From contig JALMLS010000015.1 of the NCBI GenBank assembly GCA_038496445.1, positions 62,001 through 126,000 of the forward strand: a DNA stretch of 64,000 nucleotides, given 5' to 3'. This stretch comes from Trichosphaerium sp. ATCC 40318 (Eukaryota > Protista > Tubulinea). The translations under genes and the position numbers were made by a program. A model generated the notes under the pieces. The model was not told where the DNA came from. It searched no databases and saw nothing but the letters and a program-made list of their open reading frames with translations. Below are positions 37,933 through 50,933 of this stretch, one piece after another (position 1 is the first letter of the stretch; every line of letters begins with the position of its first letter).

Positions 37933-40900
37933 ATGGAGAAAGTGCAAGAGCAGTTCATTGACGATCTTGATAAGGAATTATCGATTCTGTTAGTTGGTGA
38001 TGTAAAGTCGGGAAAAAGCGCGTTCCGTTACAGGTTTTGCAATGATTTCTTCGATGAGAAGTACCATCCAAGGTATTTTACAGTTTTACAATTTTAACTG
38101 CAGAGGCTTCGTAAAAGTAGTTTAAACTCAGTCGGTTAGTACCATATGCTTTAAACAGAGCCATTTTTTAACAGAAGGAGCAACAAATGTAACTATTGGA
38201 ATTTGGGACTTCCCTGGTGCGTACTTACGCAAAATATACGCGATTTACTATATTTATGGTGCGTTTAGGGTCTCAGTCACTTTGGAATAAATCTGTGTCG
38301 GAAGCCAAAGCAGACGTATGCTTTCTGTGTTTTTCGGTACAAGACAAAGATTACTACAATAATATTACCAAGGTATTCACAAACTGAAAGGTGGTACACA
38401 TAAAACTTTCTCTCTTCTAACAATTTTTACTTTTCAAGTGGCATAGCACTATAAAAGAAGCTTGCCCAGCTGTGTTGTTTGTACTTGTTGCATTAAAAAG
38501 TGATTTACGCGATGACATAACAAACAAGAAACAATTCGTTTTAGAAGCAAGCCAAGGAGAGTCATTAGCTTCAAAGTACTAGCACCACGTGCTCTCAAAT
38601 CAAAAACGTAGATTTGCTGAATGAGTTTTAGATTAAATATTCCGTGCTTTTTCGAGTGTTCAGCAAAAAATAACGTGAATGTGAGAGACGTGCTCCTCGT
38701 GGCATGTGATTTAAAGTTCAAGACCTCGCTAGCACCACGAAAGGTGCTACCTGGCGAACAAACAATGAATGGTACTTCAGTTATTAGAAGCATTAAACGA
38801 CGTTTGTCTCTACGCAGTAGTCGTACATATATAGTCGCCGCTTTATTAATCTCTGACCAAGCTTTTAAGGTAGTTCAAAGGGTAGATTGATTGATGTTAG
38901 TGATAATCGCAGCCACTCCGAAAGGTACCTCTTTTGTTTAACTATTTCAAAAAAACCCAAAAAACACGTGCTCTTACGTGGCACTCAGCCAATCTGTATC
39001 TGCGTTTAGATGTTTGTGTTGTCTAACAAATATTTAGTACTACTTTGCTTGGTGATAGTGGGACTGGTACGTTAGAAGGCACCCCAGTGAATCAATGAAC
39101 CACGGCTTTTCTCATCTACTTTTAGTCTCGCTAGAAGAACACAGTTTACACAACCCTTTTCAACCTAAAAAACAGCAACGAGAAGACAAAGTATTAACAC
39201 ACGAAATACTTAAAAATATGCGCAAGGAAGCAAGCAAATTATCAACGCTATTGCACAAACAAGATAGTAACACACTCAAACCACTTTTAAAGCTTTCAAT
39301 ATCTTTTATTGAAGATGTTCTCTCTAAAAAACTCAAATCATCTCACCCATTCTTGGCAACAAGGTACGTTTAATACAATTGAGTGGGTACTCGTATACTT
39401 ACAGGACAATTATAGACTAAAGAGCGCAATGTCAGAGTACTTGGGTCTTCTTATTCAGCTCGACAAGAGGAAGGCATTTCATCGTTGGATGACATCCAAC
39501 GCTCTTTTTAAGATTCTGTACCAATATATTGCTACGCTATACTTGGGAATGGAATCTCTTGCCAGAGAAAATAATTACATCAGTGACTACCCGCCTCTGG
39601 TAAGAAACTCAAACAAAATACCACGTTGTTGGTTGCCACTTTATGTTATTACTATTCGCCTTTCTCACTGTTTTATAGAATAAAGTGAATCTTATCATAA
39701 AAGATAAACAAGGATGGGCGTTCTGGAACACATATTTTGGCGTTAAGGTACTTTTTCCACGTAAATTCTTTGGCCACGTTGAAAAAAATGGTTTCAGTTA
39801 AAAAAGACATAAAGACCTTACGTTGTTTGTAGCGATTAATTGTAAGGTGGGATGAATTTATTGAAGCTTGGAAGACTCACTTCAAGAAGACTAGTAGTGA
39901 TATGGAGAATCTATCACCTTTTCTGAGATACAGTCTGAGTACGCTTGTTCCACTTTTTTTCTCGAAAGTTGCCTTAACCAAGTTTTTTAGTTACGTATTC
40001 GTCAAGTTCAGTCTCGCAGTTCGGTTTTGAAGAGTTTCTCAGTCGATTCGGAGCGCTTGATGAAGCATATGATAGAGCTAATGAACTAGCGAATCAAAGA
40101 TGGTTCTTTGGGTACCTTTCAAGCAAAGAAGCCGATTGTATTTTAGCAGACGAAAAACTTGGTTCTTTCCTTGTTAGGTACAAAACAACGAATTCTTCTT
40201 GTTCGAAGACGTTTATTAACTTGTACACTAGATATGGTTCATCAGGTCCTTTTGCTTTAACGTATAAATCTGAAAGTGGTAAGGACACGATTGTAAAGCA
40301 TGCCATCATAGACTATACTGTCGGACTAGGTAAAGTTTTTAATTTTTTTCTAATTGAAACTCAAGAAGTTGTTTTCTTACTTTTTTCTGTAAAGGCTACT
40401 CAATTGAGGAGTATAGCGAAGTTGATGGTAACAAAGAATCATCAGATCGTTATTTTTTGACGCTACCATTATTGGTGGCATACTACCGATCTTTCCTTCT
40501 AACAAAAGGATGCACAAGCGATCTTGTGCGCAAAACGTACCCTGAAACTTTTTACTTTTTTTTTCTAACTCTGTTTTTTCAGATGGTTTTTTGGAGATAT
40601 TACAAGCTCAGAGGCATCCTTACTATTACACTTAAAACAGGATGGCGCTTACTTATTACGACACTCTCAATCAAACAAAGGAAGCATCGTTGTTTCGTAC
40701 AAAGGGAACGGAACAATTCATCATACACTTATCAACAAACTTGGATCTGTAAACGGATATCTATGTGAAGGAGAACTTTACCCTGATATTGATACATTCC
40801 TGAAAAAGCATCGATTAGCTTTTGTACATCCAATATGCAGGTTGACGCTATCTACACAGACATCAGTAATATCTTCTAAAGGTGTTACTGTAACAGAACA

Positions 40901-41120
40901 TGATAGCAATAGCGACGCGTCGACTATGTATGAGTTTATGGGACAACGACCTTCTGTTATCCCTACACCTACTACGGCTGTTAATAATCATTCTCAAGTA
41001 TCAAGAGCTGGAGATGTTGATAAACTTGTTTCAATGGGATTTACACTTGCTGATTGCATAGAAGCTGTATCGAATACTGATACTTTTGAGGCTGCTTTGG
41101 CGAACCTTTTAAATCCTTGA
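37933..41120 (+). CDS. Multidomain signalling protein: divergent Rho-like GTPase + Cbl-TKB-like helical/EF region + two SH2 + UBA
   Basis: GDVKSGKS, WDFPG, LKSDLR and ECSAK; FWNTYFG...VRWDEF...VSQFGFEEFLSRFG; WFFGYLSSKEA...GSFLVR and WFFGDITSSEA...GAYLLR; VDKLVSMGFTLADCIEA...AALANLL. Confidence 0.75.
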
Positions 41121-41599
41121 ACCCTTTTGTTGTATTTATTTTGTAAATAAGAAACATTTTTATGTATTTGTACTTATATCGGCATCAGTTGGGTATACAA
41201 CACAGCAATACACAACTTTTTAACACGTGATTTCAATAACTATTTTTGAAGTGACCAGTTATGGTCCAGTATTGAATAAACGCTCATATTTTTCAACCCT
41301 CGGGATGCTTATTAGGTTACTACTAGTATATGAGTAATTTGGAAACCTTTGAGTTGAGCGAGGAAAGTCAAAATTGCATTTTTGAAGAGTTGAATTAGTA
41401 CTTCAGTTTTTTTGAGTTTTTTTTGACTTGAGTTGTCCATTCATATTCTGATAGTCGTACAATGTAGTTTTATTGTTACTATTTTGTTGTTGTTGTTGTT
41501 AGTATAATTACGTTCCTTTTGTACTTTTTGTTGAGTTAGGTTGGCTAGCTTTATTTATTGATAACGATAACGTTCTCATTTTTTTCGAGACTGCTTTCA

Positions 41600-43512
41600 T
41601 TATTCCTTTTGGTTTCTTTTTTACATTTTGCATAGCTGCAAACTCATCAGATGCTTTCCCCAAACCTGTTATATACTCTTAGTAAATGCGAGAATATCTA
41701 AACAAGAAATAATGTTATAAAGTAAAGCGTGTCCATCCAAGACAAGATATCTTTTTTTTTCTGATTGGTAAAAAAGTAAGGCATTCAGCCTTTGAAACCA
41801 AAAGAGGTATAAAAAAAACTCCTCCAATAAAAGCCGTTGTTGTTGCTTGCAACTAGTGACTAACCTTTTTGCCAATTTTCTACTACAATTTCGTTTGGCA
41901 CAATAAAAGAAAACTGTTCGTTTTCATCGTCTCCAAAGCGTATATGGAGAATGTGCTTTCCTTATTACAATAATTAGACTACAATGATTTAGGATTTACA
42001 ACGTACGAGATGACGCCTCTCCTTGTATATTAATAGCAACGTCAAGCCTAGATAATGTATAAATATAACGAAGGATGGAGTGTTATGTTCGTCACATGTT
42101 TCCAAAAAAGTACCCAACTAATTTTCTCACTTTAACTTTTATTGCTTTACTCATCATTGCCTTTTGTTTCTCAATAATCTACAAGAAAATATGTTAGTAC
42201 CATCCAAAGTAACCACATAAGTTACAATAACGTACCATGAAACAGTCATTAAGAAGATAAATACCAAACTTCCTACCACCCCTTTTTTTTTCAAAAAAAA
42301 GTCAGCTTTGTTTGGATAATATTTCGCTGGCTATTTGTTCGTACTTTGCACCATCCCATTCTGCGTTCTTTAGTATAACCCGGCCTACTTCTGCAATATT
42401 CTCCTTAAAATTCTATTGTCAGCAACAAGGTAAGATTGATTGAATAAACCTTATGTTTCTGATCCATCTGGTTTTGAAGTTGTAGTAATTCTTGCATACT
42501 CTCATAGTTACGTTTCTGGCTATTAATGTATTCAGCAACGCCTTTGATTGCTTGCAATGCTCTGTTAATATTCTTATAGTCCTTGTGTTTGCGTGGAGTG
42601 GCCTTTAAAAGATCCTACGTGAAGCTTTCAGCATAAGAAGCTAATCAAGTACTCAAAGAAACTAACACGCAAGAGCAGTTCGTAGCGGGGTATACGCTGA
42701 ATAGGCATTATTAAGAAAGTTGGAAGGTCCATTCTACGAGATTCTGGCATATCTTGGCACTCCTAACATACCACTTTAGATTAGACAAATAGAGTAAAAA
42801 CCACTGTACATCAATGAATGCCGCAAATTTACTTCCTTTCTTTGAGCACGCAGCCAATGTACTCAAGGCCTTATCATAGTTATTAATATAGTTTGTATAT
42901 ACTCGCAGTGCTTCGCTCTATACCCATTAGTTATCTACCAACACAAACCAAAGACTGACAATGAGAATTTAAACAAAAGGAGATTTGACCTTTTTACGTT
43001 TTTCTTATTCCATTTGTCACGTGTTGATTTTCTTGTACGACACGAAAAAAATTTAATGTACCTGTTCTATAAAGATATCACCTATTAAGCTCTTATCATG
43101 CCATATCTCGATACGTTGTATCAACAAATCAAGGATTTTTTTAGATATTGTTCTAAGCTCCTCTAAAATAGAAAAAATAGCATCAATCTGTTCTTCTTTT
43201 ATGATTGGTTTCCCTTTAGAAGCCATTTCACGAAGTGGAAACAAGTAAACCTAAGAAACAGTGTTTTTATGAGTTTCTACGCGGGTTTATAGAGCGTAAT
43301 GCGTACACTTTGTGTCAGAGTGAGATTATTGACGTAAACGTTTTCTGTTGTCATTATTTCTTTCGCTATACGAGCTCTCTTTACATTAAGTTCCTCTATA
43401 AGTACAATTACGGCTGTATTTTTTGATTTTTCGTTAGTTTACTTTTTTGTTCCTTTGAAAGCTTTTTGCTGCTCTTTTTAGGCTCTTCAGGCGTGGATTG
43501 TTCTTGTCCCAT
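41600..43512 (-). CDS. Dbl-family RhoGEF (DH-PH), possibly N-myristoylated
   Basis: MGQEQS start; EIMTTENVYVNNL, IFSILEEL, YTNYINNYDKA, FLIMPIQRIPRYELLL, LKATPRKHKDY; PH-like FGIYLLNDCFM. Confidence 0.9.
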
Positions 43513-43981
43513 TATTAAAAGTTCGGCAGAAAAGCACAAAAAAGAAAGAGCGCCTGACTTTGTTGACCAAAATGTCGAGTTTGAAGAGTTTAAGTCAGAT
43601 GTAGCTTCCAAATTTAGTCGTTCGTTAAATATTGCTTGTATATCATTGACAACTATGTTTACTTATTCAATGACATACAAGTGCGATTAGAAATTCGGAA
43701 GAGTACATGGTTTCAAGTACATACACTATTTTGTGTTTGCGCTAAGCCTGATTTTTCAGGACAGTTTGTGAACATAGGTAGCCTTTTGCAACTCTAGAAG
43801 CTATATCATTAATGTATCATTATTAAGTACATAACGTGAGCTTAAGAACAGAAAGTCACATGCGCACTACAAAGTGCCTTTTAAAAAGTAGGCTTAACGT
43901 TAAAATAGGATTTTTGAGACTTAAAATAGATTTTATTGTTTAAGTACCGTAGGCAACATAACAATTACTACCAAGACTACC

Positions 43982-44686
43982 ATGTCACTTGATCACGATA
44001 GTATAATAGCAATTTTATGCTATTTAGACCCTAAAGATCTTAAAGTTGCTTCAAACATCAACAAACAATGGTTCACGGTAGCCACAAGCGCCGACATGCG
44101 TAAATCATTAGAATTATGGCCTGTTGTAGTAAAAACAAAATCACAACATTGGCTTTGCGCGTACATGCACTATTCTGCAATGTTCTTTGACGAAACAAGC
44201 GAAGCGGTTAAGTTTAGTTTTTCTCAAACGACACCAGCCCCATTCAGACAAGTTAGAGCCCCACTACATCTCCAACAACAAGCTCGCCCTGACACAACAG
44301 AAACTCAAAGTATAGCGCTAGAACAAGACGGAAGCTTTGAATACAATTCATATCGTTCAGGTTTCACAACAACGCAAGCCAGAAGAGGTACAACAACATT
44401 CTTTGAATTGCACTAACGCCGTCTATCTTTGTTCAAATAATTTACTTTGATAATAGTAGGCACGTGGACTTTGACAAAGGAAGGGAAGAAATGGATGGTA
44501 AAAACATGTGGTTTAGATGATTCGTCACCTTCTGTGGAACATGAAACCGTAATGTATGAAACTGTGATAGATATCAATAATGGAAGAGTTAAAGGGTTGA
44601 AAGTACCACGCAGAGATGTAGTAATGAACAGAAAAAGTGCCAACAGACTTAAAAAATCCAAGTTTGCAAAGTTTTTGAACAGCTAA
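43982..44686 (+). CDS. F-box protein (2 exons)
   Basis: LDHDSIIAILCYLDPKDLKVASNINKQWFTVA; intron ~44388-44459. Confidence 0.75.
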
Positions 44687-45062
44687 GCAACCAAATATGA
44701 ATCTCTTCATCATGAACTCTTTTTAGCAACAATGTTAGTATTAATAAACCCTGAATTATCCTTATTTTGTACCTGCCACAACCTTGACCCAAGTTGTGGC
44801 TTCGAAAATACCGAAGTTAGGTTGAAGAACACAACTGCTCTACACGATGTTCCTAGCTACAACACTTCAATGATTATTATGTTACTACAATATTGAATAA
44901 TGGCTACGATCATCGTGTAAAGCAATGTCAAACTAGAGTAATCTTTGTTGGGACAGTTTCTTTTATTGACATGATATTATTCGAAGACTAAGCATTGAAA
45001 CGATTTGTGTAAACTTTTGATAACTATTCTACTGTATACATAATGTAGTTGGTAACCTTCTA

Positions 45063-47145
45063 TTACTTTTTCCAAGATATCTTTCCTTTATCATCAACAG
45101 CTAAAGATCTACCAGTAGTTTCGCGATGTTTCCAAGCATCACTCTTTCTCTCTGATGTAACCTCCTCATCATTTACATCAAGCAGTAGTGGATCTTCCAG
45201 TACAAGTCTCTTATCATTGTATAGTACATGATTATGTTGTTCTAGGATTTCAAGAACTCTACAGCAATATATAAGCACAAACATACAGACCAAGACAATG
45301 ACAGTATAAACTGTTTTCTTGTACCTTTGGCAAGGACGAAATGTGTTTAGTTTTGTTTCGTAGTCATAAGTACACCCTTCTTCATTACCGAAGCATATAT
45401 TGAAGGTTTTACCGTAACAATCCTTAACAATTTTAAACCATTGTAATTCGACCCAATGAGATGGTGGATGACTGAGAACACTAAAAGAAAAAATGTCAAT
45501 ATAGTTTTGTAAAAAGAAAAGGTCATTTATTTATTCCCAGCCTGAAACGACTTTTGTAACGCTCTTGCACTTACTTTCTCTCAGCTTTGATTTGGTTCTT
45601 TTTTCGCATGATACTTCCGGTCATAAGCACTTTTGTTACTCTGAAGAAAGGCACCTCTATTTCCCAGTTATACTCCTAAAACGCCTTGGTTAGTTGTTTC
45701 TTTAGCAATATCTGGTGTGTTTGACATACATCCATTACTGAAGCAAGCGCTTTCCAATCCTTATTTGATTCTGCTTCTTTTAGAACAGCGGTTCTCCATT
45801 CTCCAGGAGTTAAGTCAAGCTTGGGAAAAGTTAGATATACTAAGTTCGCTTTGTTGAATTCGTGACTTACCTGGATTTTAGTACGTTCTATTACATCCAT
45901 TACAGACGCTATTGCCTCAGCTATTACTAAACGATTATTTGCAACTTCAAATGCCAAGGTAAGTGACTCAACAAACCTGCTAAATGTTACCAACAATCGA
46001 TTAAAAAACAAAAGTAATCCTTACTCTTGTAAGTTCTCTGAAAGGAGTTTGGCGCTCATGAATGGTAACAAACTAGCTGTAACATTTATACAAGTATTCA
46101 AGTAAGATTCTTCTGCTTCCTCTAGGCCTTCATCTTGGAGCATATCGTCCACATATTTGTTTACAATCTGCGCAACTTTGAGCCAGTATGTCTCATAAAC
46201 TTTTGGTCTTGAAGGACCAAAGTATCCACCAAGACATGCTATGTATTTCATTACCTATAAACATAATAAATCAAGTGTACTCTAAAGCATAGATTTACTT
46301 TAGCTTTAAGTTTAAGACTAGCACTGGAGTTAAGAAATTCGAATAATATTGCTTCCAAAGTTGGAAGTTCTTCACCTTCTCCATCAGCATGTTCTATTTT
46401 TTTGTTAGTACATAGCAACGTAATGTCCCAACATACCACTAGAAACGCCTCCCCAAAGCATGAGTAAGTATAACGCTTTATCTTTATCTTCTTCATCACC
46501 ACGCAGCTGTGAACAAACGTCAACAATAATTCTCCAAAAAACAACAAAAAGACAAAAAACAAAAAGCGTATTAATACGCTACGACGAAGTTTTTTACACC
46601 TAAATTTACTGTAACGCACCAAAACTAATTGTAGAACTTCTAGAACAAGTTTTTTCCTTCGCAGATTTTAAGTTAATGACAAGCAATTGTGTTTAGTAGT
46701 GTAGTATGAACGTACTGTACATCGCCGCTACCAGGGCGCCATAACAATAGCCCTTCGAATGGTTTGTCGTTAACTGCCCATTCAACCCATTGCTTTCTGT
46801 ACGAGTCACTAAATAACGTTAATTGGCCAATGTGAAAAGGATGAAGTGAAGCGTACTAGCTTTTCGATGCGTTTAGCAAGGTATCAGTGCGTAGTCTATT
46901 GGTTCCGTTCTCCTCTACTCTAAATAGGCGTTGTAAACAGTAATTGTGGATTTAACGCTATTTTCAGCTATTTGTTCATTTACTCCTATAGCATCAACGA
47001 CGTACAAAAACGCTTGCTGATGATCAAAATCCAAGCTATCAAAATCTGCACGCAATGAAGCCAAGAACTCCCCTTCAGCCTTCTGTTTACGTCCTAACCG
47101 GTTTGGTACGTTACCAATCTTCTGTCTTGAGCCTTTGTTGCTCAT
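45063..47145 (-). CDS. Hypothetical helical protein, multi-exon
   Basis: Chain of ORF fragments with GT-AG boundaries from MSNKGSRQK to KISWKK*. No family recognised. Confidence 0.6.
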
Positions 47146-47496
47146 TGTTGTTGATTGTGGTTAAAAATTGAACGACAAAAAATCATGGAAATTCTTGATA
47201 ATTGTTACCTTAATTTTCCGTTTAATCTCAAAACCTATAAGCCCAACTCTGCTGATTTTCCCAACAAGTTGTAGATTTCCAGCAATAGACTTTTTTGCTA
47301 CGTTTTGCCGCTGATTTTGTGTGTTTCACTCACGTGATCACAAAAAACTATTTTATTAATGCAAGTTAACTTATTCGTAACGTAAGCCGTAATACGTATT
47401 ACTCGCTCTTAGCAGATTAGCTCAACTTCTACTTATGTTGACTTTGTGCGTATCTTTTTTATCGGCATTTTTCACATTAGGCGCGCTCTTCTAACA

Positions 47497-50400
47497 ATGA
47501 AGTTTAGTCGCTTGTTGCATACCATTGCGTTATTGGCAGCTATAGCATGCAGTCTTAATATTTACGTAAGAAATTAAAAGTAGTTTTTTCGATTGTAGTG
47601 TTAACAATGCGTAGGGCATAGCGGGTATGGGAACTATAATAGTATCTTTTTATCGGAGTTACCTATATCGTTTAACAGCTTTCTAGATGCGTTCTCCAAC
47701 ACTGAAACCCACTATAGTGAAGAGCCTCCTAGCCACGAGTCTCCTGGCGAGGAACCTCCTGGTGAAGAACCAGAAGAAGACGAGCACTTACCAGCTAAGA
47801 AGCTCTCTGCGCTGCTTATTGTGGTGATACTCATTTTGGTCTCGCTTGCTTTTGAGTGGTTTAGAGATTTTTTGGACGAACAGGTTCCAAAGTCACTTCT
47901 GCCAATCCTGGAGTCATTATGGGAAGGTATGGAATCATTTATACGCGTTTTTAGTGCTATTGTGAAATGTTAACACAAAAATTCAAGAATTAACTGGTTT
48001 CGGTTTCCTTTCCTTGTCCTCTGCGTTGATTATCAAATCAAACGTTTTGGTTGCGATTTCAAAAAAGGTTTTTGGACAGGGCGATGAAGAAAAGCTTGAA
48101 CTTAACGAGCTACTAGAGGCTATTCACTTGTACGCGTCATTTCATTTATTAATTTTTTGTTTTACTTGACACTTGTGCTAACTTCAAAAAAATAGGATTT
48201 TGTTTGTTGTGTTTGTTGTCTTTTTGCTTCAAGTACTCTTGGTTGTATACCTAAGTACTCTTACAATCAGAAACTGGCGTACAGCTGAGAAGGAAGTAAA
48301 GAACAGAGGTACTAGGACAAGATTTCTTGGACTCATACAAAGTTGTGGTCACTTTCGGCATATTTACCCGTTTTTTTTCGGTAGAGCGTGTTTATGCTAA
48401 TTACCAGAACTATTTGGATGCGAAAGCAGCAGGAAAAGTTGGTTTTTGCGCTTCTAAATCTCTCTCAAAGGCTAAACACCGTATGGAGTATATGATGTTC
48501 AGAGATGCATTTATTAAAGGCAGACAAGGACAACACGGACTCAGTAACAACTTTGACTATGCGTACGCAAAGCTTTCTTGTACTCTTTGTTTTTTTTGGC
48601 TTAAAGTTTCATTCGTACTGAGTTTGCTTTCTAGGCGTTATTTGAGTAAAATTCTTGGTCACACAGTTGCACATACGGTTCACGTTGGATTCTATGTATG
48701 GTTATCTACGCTTGTACTGTTTGTTATTGTATGGGCTATTGATCAAGGACCTGATTTGCTTCAAGTTGGTTTTGGTATTGGTCTTGGTTGGGTTATGGTT
48801 GCTATCGCTGGTCTAGTATTATGGAAAATGAATGGTATACGCGAGAAATTACTTCCAGCCCACTTTCAATTGCCACATGATGGAGGTACCTGTCACAACT
48901 TTTTTTTATTTTTGCTTTTTCTAGTTCTGATTTAAATCATCCTGAGTGGTTTGTTGTACTGTGCCTTGAGTCACATGGCTTTACTCTATTTGTGAAACAC
49001 TCTTTTTTTTATATGTAGACTTTATATACATTGGGCTGACTCGTAGAAAGCAGAATTGATTAATGAAGAGGCACCACTTTCATCAACAGGATTTACAGAA
49101 CCTGCCTATTTGAATAATCAATTACGTGCAAGATCAAAAATTGGTCAATGGTTTATGGGTCCACCTGCCAACAAGTAAGCTTCCTAAACTTTAAAACATT
49201 AAGGAGAAAAAAACATTTTTTGTTTGCTCTGTTGTGAAAAATTAACTGTTTGTTTAGGCATGAATTGCTCTTCTGGTTTGAACGTAGAGGTCCTACATTC
49301 TTACTCAATATTATCCGTGGATTATTATTATTCCAATCTCTTTATGTTGCCATTATGTATTTCGAACTTGCTCCTTCTGTTTGGGAATCATTTGAGAAAC
49401 ACGGCGTGCGTCCCATTTTAAGTTTTTTTTTCAACAAGCTTAATGATATGTAGACTATGCCACACTATGCTACTGCTTTAATTTTTGTGTTTGCAATCGT
49501 TCCTGTACTTGTTATCAACTTTTTATTCAACCCTTACCTCGTCCGTCGGTACGTTTAAACTTGGTATAAGACGATGTAGTACCCGAACTAATTTTGTTTT
49601 GTTTTAAATAGACATGTTGTTATTTGCAATATTGAAATGTTGAAAAACGTAAAAGAAATCCATCATGTTGTCAGACATCAACGTACACAGAGTGGTATAC
49701 GTGTTCTTAAGTTATTAAATATGCTTAAATTCCAAACAAAGAAAATGGAAGCACATGCTGATGGTATGAACACGTTCAAAGAACGGTGTAGTTTCTTTTT
49801 GCATTAATGTTCATGTCTCTATTAGATACAAAACCAAATAAAGATAAAAAGAAGAAGACTGACGCACAAAATCATCAAATGAGAGAAGAGATGAAAGAAG
49901 TTTTCGAGGTATGTCAGTGGAAAGCAAAGCACCTGTTTTTATTCAATTTACATAAAATTTGTTGTGCTTTTTTTCTTTCATTCGCTAATGAAATTGTAGC
50001 TCTTCGATAAGGATGGAGATGGCACCATTAGTGTAGGAGAGTTGAAGGCATTCTTGACTACACTCGGACACCCAATGAGTGATGAGGAAGCTCAACAAAT
50101 CGTGCGTTCTTTTTTCAGAATAATTTAGAAGGAATCAATAGCTTTTTTGGTTTGTTTTAACACTTGATAGGTTTTGAATGCTGACGTTAACGGTGATGGT
50201 GTATTGGATTTGGATGAGTTCTGCGGATACATGTCTGAATTTGACCATAACGATGATCCAGAAGAAATGATTGAGTAAGTGTTTCATGAAGGATTTACTG
50301 GTTAATTTGTTTGATGCTAATGTATTTAAAGGGCAATGTTCAGAATGTTTGACACTGATAACTCTGGATCAATATCTACTGATGAGTTCAGAGTTATTTT

Positions 50401-50608
50401 ACAAAGAATTGGATCATCATTGAGCAAGGAAGATATTGATGAAATCATCAGGGTACCGATTTTGTTCTATGAAAAAAACCACCCAAACTTTGTACCTTTT
50501 GTACCCTTGGTCTAACTAACTCTTTTAAAGGAACTTGATGAAAATGGAGATGGTGACATCGATCTTAAAGAATTCGCCGAAATGATCGAGAAGTTCAGCA
50601 AAGAGTAA
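47497..50608 (+). CDS. MLO: MLO-family 7TM protein fused to a calmodulin-like four-EF-hand domain
   Basis: MLO motifs LESLWKELTGFGFLSL, FRDAFI...NFDYARYL and LLFWFERRGP...LLFQ. EF loops DKDGDGTISVGE, DVNGDGVLDLDE, DTDNSGSISTDE, DENGDGDIDLKE. N-terminal signal-like peptide. Confidence 0.8.
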
Positions 50609-50933
50609 ATGACCTTTTTTGAACAAAAACAAAAAACATAATAGTTAGACGTAGAGATTAAACTTTAGTGTAGCGGATATTTAGTTGTTCTTAACGTTTT
50701 TTTTCAGCAGGCCATATTGATGCCACTATCGAAAATAATAAAAACGTCTAAGGTCATAGAGCTAGTGTTGAAGTTTTTTTCGAGTTTTTAAGTTTTTTTT
50801 TGATTTGACAGCCGTTAAGCGAGAGTGTCAAGTTTTTAAACTGGTTTAAACGTTGGTGTATGCACTCTTGTTGTGGTGTGAAGTTAGATAGCAGTTATTT
50901 GAACTATGTTAGTTTGGCGGGCTTGCTTTTGTG

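Noticed and set aside
41484-41500. (TTG)n microsatellite
   Set aside because: Short simple repeat in a 3' UTR/intergenic region; ordinary.
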